This document shows, in pieces, positions 13,106-23,040 of a DNA stretch of 64,000 nt (positions are counted from its first letter, which is position 1; the number at the start of each line of letters is the position of its first letter). Source of the DNA: Azolla caroliniana. Taxonomy: Eukaryota > Plantae > Polypodiophyta. The stretch lies in assembly GCA_043228905.1 (NCBI GenBank), contig JBHGNT010000022.1, positions 12,586,001 to 12,650,000 of the forward strand, in the 5' to 3' direction. The translations under genes were made by a program, and so were the position numbers. The notes beneath the pieces are model-generated. The model did not search any database and was not told the DNA's origin. It worked only from the letters and a program-made list of their open reading frames with translations.

Positions 13106-14149
13106 TTAGACATAGTGTTGTTTGTACATGCCAGCTGCTCTTTACATATGAATGCTTCGTTTTTCTCACAATCCTCATGTGTGGAAGATGTGCTTCCAGA
13201 GTCTGCCTCCTTGCAAAGGTTAATTTGATTCTGACTCTGATGGGAATCTGACTCTGCACTTGTGCTCCATGAAGTTCCCGATTCATTTGATTGCAGTTGG
13301 GAATCAGACTGCTCTTGTAAACCTAATTAATGGGATTCCAAAGAATATTGGTATCAACTCACATACTCAAAAGTTTGCAAACAATGAACATAGGGTTTAG
13401 GGCCACATTTTTACCTAATGTTACATCGTCATACTGTATAGCCGTAGATACCCCATTGCAAGTGGTGGGCTCGGTCATCTTCTCCACAACATCTAGGTGC
13501 TCAACAGTGTTGTTATGATCTATAATAACAACAAAAATAGGGTTGTTATGAGCAAAATCATTGTTTTCAAAGTCTGGCTTTTGACGTGTACCTGGGAGTG
13601 TGATAAATTCGTCTTCATGATCAGGTTTTGGACTCGTATCTCCGTCACCAAATATCATTTCATCATCAGCTAGTAACACAAGTACATGGTATTAGACAAT
13701 GGATTAGGTTGACAATGCTCCAGACAGGTGATAACTTATATGACTCACCATTGCATTCAACTTTGCCTTTCTTGCCGTTTCCATACAACATTCTTGCAGC
13801 ATTTCTCTTCTTATTGGGCTCTATTTGTAAAGAAACTGCATTTCTCTTCTTTCTGGGCTCTATTTCTTGATGTTGACCGGAGCTTGGGGAATTTGTTTGT
13901 AGAAGCATATGTTCCACTGCTCCAATGGCCCTTCTCATACATTCATCCTCATCATAAAAATCATAGGTTATTGGTAATGATGGTCCCTGAACCTTGGAAT
14001 GTGCAGCAGATATTGAGGGTTTAGGCACAGGGGCTGGTTGTTCCATTACCTTCCCTGGCGTGGAGTTGCTTGACACTACAACATTCATTGCAAGAAACAA
14101 AAAAACCTTGAATGTTAGTACCATCATCTAAAATATATAATGTAGGTCA

Positions 14150-15560
14150 CAAGAGCTGCTTCCCATTTTACACAATGTACCAATCATGAACAATGTACTA
14201 CTCACATAGTTCCTAAATTACTGAACTAGTACTAATAAGGAACACTGTACTGCTCCCTTAGTTCCCAATTTACACGATTAGTACTAATCATGCACAATAT
14301 ACACAAGTAGTACTAATCATGCACAATATACTACTCACTTAGTTACCAAATTAAACAAGTACTAATCCTGAAAAATGTACCACTGACTTAGTCAAATTAA
14401 TAAGTAGTACTAATCTTGAACAATGTACTACTCACTTATTTCCTAAATCACTGAACTAGTACTAATCCCGAACAATGTACTGCTCACTTAGTTCCCAATT
14501 TACACAAGTAGTACTAATCATGCACAATATACTACTCACTTAGTTAGCAAATTACACAAGGAGTACTAATCTCGAACAATGTAATGCTCACTTAGTTCCC
14601 AATTTACACAAGTAGTACTAATCATGCACAATATACTACTCACTTAGTTAGCAAATTACACAATGAGTACTAATCCCGAACAATGTACTGCTCACTTAGT
14701 TCCCAATTTACACAAGTAGTACTAATCATGCACAATATATTACTCACTTAGTTACCAAATTACACAAGGAGTACTAATCTCAAACAATGTAATGCTCACT
14801 TAGTTCCCAATTTACACAAGTAGTACTAATCATGCACAATATACTACTCACTTAGTTAGCAAATTACACAAGGAGTACTAATCCCGAACAATGTACCACT
14901 GACTTAGTCAAATTACACAATTAGTACTAATCCTGAACAATGTAATCCCGAACAATGTACCACTGACTTAGCCAAATTACACAATTAGTACTAATCCTGA
15001 ACAATGTAATCCCGAACAATGTACCACTGACTTAGTCAAATTACACAATTAGTACTAATCCTACAAAATGTACTACTCCCTTATTTTCTAGATTACTGAT
15101 CTAGTACTAATAAGGTACAAAACTAGTACTAATAAGGAACAAAGTACTACTCAGTTCCCAAATTACAAAACTAGTATTAATCATGAGCAATGTACTAGTA
15201 ACTTAGTTCACAAAGTACAGAACTAGTACTAATCATGAACCATGTAGTACTTACTAAGTACTAATCCAACAAATGTAGATTGGTATTTTGCACACAAGTA
15301 ATACTAAACATGATATGTGTTCTACACACCTAGTTACATAACTTGTACTAATTACACCAACAGTATTAATCTTGAACAGTATTAGTACTAAACGTGATAT
15401 GTGTTTGACACACCTCATTTCCAAATTACAATAATTGTACTATTATTCAGCAATTTACTACACACCTTGTTCCCAAATTACATTACTAGTACTAATTCCC
15501 AAGTTACACAAACAATACTAACAGTCAACAGTGTACTATAAGTATAGTGTTTACTAAACT
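14150..15560. repeat. Intronic tandem array of ~48-bp AGTACT-rich units
   Basis: Recurrent acaatgtactgctcacttagttcccaatttacacaagtagtactaatc alternating with variants. Confidence 0.9.
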
Positions 15561-17189
15561 AATACTAGGCAAGTTGCAATATAGATTGGACGATGTTGTA
15601 CCTGGTTCCCTTTTAGTACTACTAATTCTGGAAAATATCCCTTCAACTACACATACCAATTATATATTAAGAGTATTGCCAATACTAACCCACATAATTA
15701 GGGTTCCACATAATAGTTGTTAGAGATTACACTAAATTTGAAGTATGAATTGTGGCATACACTAGTTCTAGTCCAAATGTTAATTGACATCATATAATAC
15801 AAACAATAGAATAGTAGAGCCACATACCGTACGGGTGTACTTTTAAACCCCAAGCATAGTACCACTCAGCCGCAATTGTAGTTTTACAGTCCATACATGT
15901 ATTCTCTTTCTCAAAATGATACTTAGCACATAGCACATGATATGTGTGCAAGCATGGTGTAATCACAACATCCATAGCCTCCAACTTGAATCCGAGGCCA
16001 CAAAATATACACCTGGAAGATTGCAAACACAAGTTATAATATATTAGCTGCTCACTTATTTATAACAGAGAAGTAGAAATAAATAACTTTTAAAGCCAAT
16101 ACCGTGATATAGCTATACTAATAATGGTACTTTCTATACCACTTGGGTGCTCAATTACAGATGGACACAAAGTATCAAAACCATTTTGTTTTAAATCCTG
16201 CATCAAGCATGCAAGGTTCTCAGAATGCAACTTTAAGGCTGACAACTTATTATCTATTTCTTCATGTGCATTCCTGCAAGTATCAAGGTCTCTCATCTGT
16301 GAACCTAATTGAGTGCCCATATTGTTCAGCTCTTTCTTCAACTCCTCTTTCAACACCTCACTTTCTGAATTTTGGATTGTCGATGCAATCCATTCATATG
16401 TAGTTTTTATTGAAGAAAATTTCTTTTCTGCCTGTATCTCAGCTGATTTAACTGCTTCCAAATCAGCAAGTAGTGTTTGTATTCTTGAGCTCATAGAAGC
16501 TATGCAACCGGCCATCATCTGTTCATGCTTTTCAGTCATTGTGGCCCGTACCTTTGCCTCTAGAACTTGGTGGATAGGTGTTATAGCGAGAATATCCACA
16601 TGAGAGGTTCTAGATGACTTCAAGCCAGTGTTGGTACTGGAGGACCCTTTGTAATGTTTTGACCGGTGCCGATTAAAATCTTCCCAATTTACGTCAATGC
16701 CACCTTGAACTTCACATGCAAAAGCACGTGCAAAAACAGTACCCACCTCATTGTTAGTGATTTGATTTGTATCATAAACATGTTCGTATCTCGTCTTCAA
16801 TAATTTCGTGTATTCCCTCTTCAAACCACTTATGTGGAATCCTCGCCTTGTGTCGGGATGTGCTGACCCCCAGGTTTTTAACAACCACTCTCTCAGCTCT
16901 GGATAAACGTCAGGTCGTGCTCGAAGGAAATAATTCCATCCAAGAGGTGTGTCTCGACTGATGGAGTGGTACATCTTCTTTCTCTGTGTTGATGAATTCA
17001 TCACCCTTTCTCTTGTGGGTGTCTTCTTGCTTTCTTTCATGGGTGTCCTTCTTCCTTCCTTCATTGGTGTCTTCACTTTCTCTTTCATCAATGTCTTCTT
17101 TATGGGTGTCCTTCTCGTCATTGTCCTAGTCAACACAATTCTCAGGGAATAAATATGCATGTACTAGAAGAAAACTCAAGCAATTACCA

Positions 17190-17540
17190 TCAACACATAG
17201 CAAATCATCACATTGCATGTACAAACCATGTCAAACACACAATAACCCTAAATAGTCAGAAAAAAACTCATCCATGTCAAACACACAGACAATAAAAACA
17301 GATGGATACAAAAGTCAAAGAAAACGAAAACATTGTAAATCATCATAGCCAACTCCATCACATCGCATGTACAAGCCATGTCAAACACACAAAAACCCAA
17401 AATAGTCGGAAAAACACTCATCCATGTCAAACTCACACAAAATAAAACAGATGGATAGGAAACAAGAACAAAACGAAAACATAACAACTCATCATAGCCA
17501 ACTCCATTTACGTTGCATGTACAAACATGTCTAACACACA
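17190..17540. repeat. Degenerate tandem repeat, ~149-bp period, about 2.4 copies
   Basis: catagc..catcacat.gcatgtacaa.ccatgtcaaacacac at ~17196, 17344 and 17493. Confidence 0.75.
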
Positions 17541-18181
17541 ACCACCTCGATCAAAATATTTTCATACATTTTTAAAAGAAACACAGAAACACAGAGAAAA
17601 CAAAAACATACCAGTTGGGCATGCAACACATAGACTATGAATAATCAAACCCTAAAAATGGCCATACACATGCAAATAAAAAACAGACAGACAGGAAACA
17701 TTCAGAAAAAGAAAACATACCAGTTGGGCATGCAACAAAGAGAATACCTGGAGGTCGTACAACTTGCAGAGGTACCACATCGTGTTGATTTCGACACCTT
17801 GGGAGCACACCAAGCCTTCAAAATCACCTATATGCAAGAGGTTGTTGACGAGGCTGCTGCAGAGGAGACAAACGAGCATAGACAGAGGAGACAAACGAGC
17901 ATACACAAGGAAGGAAAATCAACAACACATACAACGAGCAGGGGAAACAAAAATATCTGCGTATACAGAGTTCAGAGATCGAACCTGGCACAGAGGGGAA
18001 CACAAGAACAGCTACGCGGGGAAACAGAGAATCGAAGGTGGAGTGAGAGAGAGAAACAGAAAGAAAGAAAGAAACAGAGCTTCGAAGGTGGAGTGAGAGA
18101 GAGAAAGAGAGAGATAGACCTGTAATAGATATGTTGTCTTTCTTTAACTTTCTGCCACTGTCTGTCTGACAACTTCGAGAC

Positions 18182-18183
<2 letters not shown>

Positions 18184-18227
<44 letters not shown>
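18184..18227. repeat. (GA)n microsatellite
   Basis: Uninterrupted GA run. Confidence 0.95.
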
Positions 18228-18229
<2 letters not shown>

Positions 18230-18779
18230 CTGAGACTGACGAACTATCACAATGGATACCTTCTCCAGGTGTGCTTTCGTACAACTCTACCTAGGAGACT
18301 GGGGCAACAATTAATGTATTAAATATGGCCTAGGGACATTTCGAGTGTGACGTATAATATCTTTGTGCATTCGAGTGTGACGTAATGAATTTGTTTTTTA
18401 TTTTTTGAAATTTATTTACAATTTTTAATGTTTATTTTCTTCTTCGATTTAGTACTAAATTTTTGGCCAAAAGTTGGTACACCGTAGCATGCTTCGACCC
18501 AGTGAAGGAAAGAAAAAGGACACCTATCAAAGAAAGCAAGAAGACACCCACAAGAGAAAGTGATGAACTCATCAACTCAGAGAAAGAAGATGTGCCACTC
18601 CATCATTCGAATTATTAATTTTCGATTTGATACATAGATTGTTTGATTCATCCATTGATTGATGCCCCCCCCATTACACAAGCCTTACGAGGTTTTTTAT
18701 AGGTTTATCTATCTTTCTAACATGCACAAAACCATGGGCTTGAACCCATGGTTTTCGGGCACACGGTTTTCCTTGTGGC

Positions 18780-19456
18780 TGATGGGAACTAGTCGTTCCT
18801 TATGCTCAACGCTCGGCCACAACCGAGCTTAGAATCATACACAGAAAACGGGAAGTAAATGCACGACACAAAGGAGAGAAAAGGTACACAAGATGTTTAC
18901 GTGGAAAACCCAAACTAAGGGAAAAACCACGGCAGCCCACAGGCTGCAAACTATCACTATGTTGGAATGTACAAACAGTGAGTTCACGGAGGCAACGACC
19001 TCGTGCTCACGATCTTCGCCACAGGCAGCGGTTACAACAGAGGCAGCGACCTCTTTCTCCCTCTCTCTCTCTGTACACTGTTACGCGCTCTAATCTCGTG
19101 CAAAACAGGAATGACAACAACAACAACAACTACTACTACAGTAAGTTTGCCCTAAGTCATATTTATACTAATATGACTTTTCGGCTATTTACAAATATAG
19201 CCTCGATGGGCTCTCAGAAACATATTTACGAATATGTCTCTTCGTCCGGTTCTCACCGGGTCTATACCATCTGGTTCTCCGTAGCCGGGTACTCCTCATC
19301 CGGTTCATACCGGGTCTGCACCATCCGGCTCTCCGTAGCCGGGTACTCCTCATCCGGTTCATACCGAGTCTGCACCATCCGACTCTCCGTAGCCGGGTAC
19401 TCCTCATCCGACACTGTTCTTCTCTCTTCCCATCCGGAAGGACCTGTCTCCCAACA
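18780..19456 (-). mobile_element. Solo LTR of a Tork-like Ty1/copia family related to B, C and E
   Basis: TG...CA ends; perfect TSD GTGGC (18775-18779, 19457-19461); shares gtggaaaaccc..gggaaaaaccacgg and ggctatttacaaatatagc blocks with the C LTRs; no PBS or PPT alongside. Confidence 0.92.
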
Positions 19457-19568
19457 GTGGCATGCACAAAACCATAGGCTAAAAACCATGTTTTTGTGTA
19501 CACGGTTTTGTATGTTTGTTTCCTATGGAATACTAAATATGAGAAGGAAATATACAAATCTAAAGCAC

Positions 19569-19641
19569 TTAGTAGTAGCTTTAGTGGTAAGATAATTGCT
19601 TCCTATCTTAGAAGTGCAAGGTTCAAATCTTGCTTGCACCC
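19569..19641 (+). other. Degenerate tRNA-like element (SINE-head-like A/B boxes)
   Basis: A-box-like TAGCTTTAGTGG (19576-19587) and B-box-like GGTTCAAATC (19620-19629) in a GCAAG/CTTGC stem; no intact acceptor stem. Confidence 0.6.
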
Positions 19642-19722
19642 TTCTATATGCACTTGAATGTCATTAGACCCTACGGTAATTTTCATATTTATAATCATGT
19701 GTATAATGTGTGTGGAGCCACA

Positions 19723-21257
19723 CTATTTCACAATTTCTCCCATCACGACATCGTATTGCATACAACATTCCTTGTCCGTTAGATCACGGTCAGGAAGGTC
19801 ATCACCACCAGTAGCAAATAATAGTCTCTTTTGGCTAACCTCAATGGGTGGTTGAGATTTTGTCTCCTCATTGAAGAGAAGCTTTTTTCCTCTCTTCATG
19901 TTCTTGGGAGCTATTGGGGTTTGTGTTTCAATTGGAGAACCCTGTATGCGAAGCTTTATCTTCTTCACAGGTCGGTCCGACAAGTTCTCAAACGACCTAT
20001 TTAAGAAAGGACATGCGAAAACATAAGTTAGGTGGTCACGTAGATTAAGGTTGTATATTAAAATGCAAATAATTAGATGAAGACATAAACTAGTAGGCGA
20101 TTTGTGGTAAACTATAAATATCAATCATGCATTGAGTGAACATGGTAGTCCTTTATTCAAAAATCCATTCTAGTAAGGGCTATTCAACTTAGAAAATATA
20201 TATCTTAATAACTATATAAGGATATATATTGTCTTGAAGGGTAGGTATGGCTTATATTGATTCCATATCCATATTCTATAGAATTTGCATATGATAGACT
20301 TGAATTTTGTATCATAAAGGGAATTTGTGGGTTATTTTCTACTATTTTAAGCTATACTAGGTCATAAAACCTCTTTAATTAAGGCCCCTATTTGTTACAA
20401 AATAAGACAAATCACCCTAAACAAAGACTGATTTTGACAAAAAGTTTGATATCTTTTCACACAATACTAAATTGTTGCCCCAAAGACACAGTATTCCTCT
20501 TTAAAGTTCTTGTTTTATACAGGAACTTGATACGCCGTATCGTGTTCCTGTATATAGTTCGTGTCTATACATGAAATCAATGCAAGGTATCGAGTTCGTG
20601 TATCAAACACATACTTTACATAGGAACTCGTTATGGTGTATCGAGTTCCTGTATATAACAGGAACTTTATACAGGAACTCGTTACGCCGTATCGAGTCCA
20701 TGTATAATACACAAACATAATACATGAGCTCGATATGCTGTATTGAGTTCCTCTATAAAAGAGTTATATAACACAGGAACTCGATACGGCGTATCGAGTT
20801 CCTATTTAAAACGCACACTATATACAAGAAAATACAAACTGTGTACAGGAACTCGATACGGCGTCTTTAGTTCATGTTTAAAGTTGTTGTTTTATACAGG
20901 AACTCGATACGCCGTATCGAGTTCCTGTGTAAAACACAAACATTATACAGGAACTAAATACGGCGTATCCAGTTCCTGTTTAAAACGCAAACATAATACA
21001 GGAACTTGATATGGCGTATCGAGTTCCTCTTTAAAACAAAAACTTTAAACAGGAACTGGATACGCCGTATCGAGTGCTTGAATAAAACCTAAACTTCACA
21101 CAAGAACTCGATACGCCGTATCGAGTTCGTGTATAAAGTTTGTGTTTTATACAGGAACTTGATTATCGAGTTCTTGATGCTAAAACATATTTACAAAAAT
21201 GTCCACAATGTCAGAGACTTACCTGGAGTCCTGGCGCTCGATTTTCTTTGAAGACAT
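19723..21257 (-). CDS. Small two-exon ORF (~100 aa, basic NLS-like motifs), divergent from the Sola1-like transposase
   Basis: Exon 1 21257-21223 (MSSKKIERQDS, donor AG|GTAAGT) joins in phase to exon 2 19996-19723 (RSFENLSDRPVKKIKLR...); TATAAATA upstream. May be a truncated remnant. Confidence 0.55.
20515..21175. repeat. Array of about 13-14 palindromic ~33-bp units ACAGGAACTCGATAC-GSC-GTATCGAGTTCCTGT
   Basis: 15-bp arms around a 3-nt centre, separated by 11-15-nt AT-rich linkers; lies within intron 21222-19997. Confidence 0.92.
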
Positions 21258-21374
21258 GGTTGATATTTGTCGATTTTTAGGTGGAGATCTCGCTTTCGTG
21301 CTTCATGCCCTGTGTGCTCTATTTGCTCTGTGTGCTCTTGTGTTTCGTGTGACTAAAATATGACGAGGTCTTCC

Positions 21375-21382
21375 TATTTATA
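21375..21382 (-). promoter_or_regulatory. Candidate TATA box for the small minus-strand gene
   Basis: TATAAATA about 120 nt upstream of the ATG at 21257. Confidence 0.45.
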
Positions 21383-22658
21383 GGGATTGACCATAGTGGT
21401 TAAAGTAACCAGTGTCACTTTAACCAGGGTTGGCAAGCTTGAGGTTAGTTAGTTAGTAACCACAGTCACTCACCATTTTCTATTGAAGAATATTGTCTAT
21501 CGATAGACTCACCATATTCTATCGAAGAGTATTGTCTGAGCTCATCTTCACCTACAACGAATGTGAATAATGACACATGTGAAGAGTTTGAGTCTATTGA
21601 AGAATACGATATTAATAAAGATACGGAGAATGAAGGTAGTGACAATGAAACATCGAATATCATGGGCGATGGTCACAACAAAGAATTGGATAGTAACAAG
21701 ATTACACCAACTTCTATGCAGGAAGAGAAATTTGGAAGCCCTATGCATATTAGAAGAATCCCATGAAGAATTCGGCTGGCTAGATTTAACTTGCTGACAT
21801 AAGATAAACATATTGGATTTGATGTCAAAATAATATGTTGTGCCTATGGTTATATGTGAAAGGAATACGATTTCTTAAAGCTATGCTTGGCAACAACTGA
21901 GACATCGGATCAATCACAGAAAACAAGAATGTGGAGAGATGTATCTACACACGAAACAATATAAAAGAGAGTGCACTGGATGTTAACGTGGAAAACCCAA
22001 ATATGGGAAAAACCACGACAGTCCTCAGACTCCAAAATATCACTATATCAAGATTACAACAATGGGGCACAGAGGCAACGACCTCTTGCTCCCTCGCTTC
22101 GCCACCAAGCGGTTACAACAGAAGCAACAACCTCTTCGTCTCTTGTCCTCTCTCTCTCTGTGTACACAGTTACGCTCTGAATTATCGCGACCACGATAAA
22201 AATACAACCAACTCTACATTATCTATTAAGATTTCCCTAGGTCATACTTATACTAATATGACTTTCGGGCTATTTACAAATATAGCCCCAGTGGGCTCTC
22301 TGGAACATATTTACATATATGTCCCTTCCATCCGATGAGAGGTTCTCATTGGGTCTTCCTTGCCGGGTACTTGTCATTCGGTTCTCACCGGATCTTCCAT
22401 TGTCGGGTACTCCACATCCGGTTCTCAACGGGTCTTCCGTTGCTAGGTACTCCACATCCGATTCTCACCGGGTCTTCCGTTGCCGGGTACTCCACATCCG
22501 GTTCTCACTGAGTCTTTCGTTGCCGAGTACTCCACATCCGAATTCGGCCTCGGCCGAGTTGCTCATCAACACTATTTTGCTCACTTCCCTTCCGGAGGGA
22601 CCTGTTTCCTAACAAACTCCCCTTTCACTCCGGCATGGGATGTCTTACTAGTCCGATT

Positions 22659-23005
22659 TGTTGGGATTTCGGTCCCTCCGGATGGGATGTCCGGAGATGA
22701 ATGACGGCAAGCCCGGTTGCGGTTACGGAACCGGAGGATGAAGAGTGCCCGGTTACGGAGACGGATGATGAAGACCCCGGCTACGGAGCCGGATGACGAA
22801 GACCCGGCTACGGAGCCGGATGATGAATGTACCCGGAGAGAGATCCGGATGCGGGGACATATTTGTGAATATGTTTGCCAAGGGCCCTTGAGGCCATATT
22901 TGTAAATAGCCCGAAAGTCATATGTGTATAAATATGACTTAGGGCAAATAGTTTGTGGTTGTTACTCATCTCTGATTTTCCACTTAGAGGGAGCTAAGTG
23001 AGTAG

Positions 23006-23040
<35 letters not shown>

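Larger units (their letters stand above)
11100..17160 (-). pseudogene. Large multi-exon gene convergent with the transposase: coiled-coil region, RING-H2 finger, acidic repeat region; degraded
   Basis: ORF 16090-17160 splices in frame (donor 16102, acceptor 16013: ISR|CIFC) to the RING exon CIFC..CLHTYHVLC..CMDC (16012-15828). Further same-strand ORFs at 13666-14127, 13359-13679, 12145-13113 and 11551-12015 end near the transposase stop. Confidence 0.65.

Noticed and set aside
17637-18250. ORFs over the GA-rich region
   Set aside because: Low-complexity translations; more likely the 5' UTR or promoter of the minus-strand RING gene.
18721-18770. B-box-like hairpin CCATGGGTTCAAGCCCATGG (minus strand)
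   Set aside because: No A box at tRNA spacing; it is part of a ~58-bp duplicated unit split by the solo LTR.
19569-19641. Functional tRNA gene
   Set aside because: No clean acceptor or anticodon stem; kept only as a tRNA-like element.
20515-21175. CRISPR array
   Set aside because: Linkers are only 11-15 nt and resemble each other, there are no cas genes, and the context is a eukaryotic intron.
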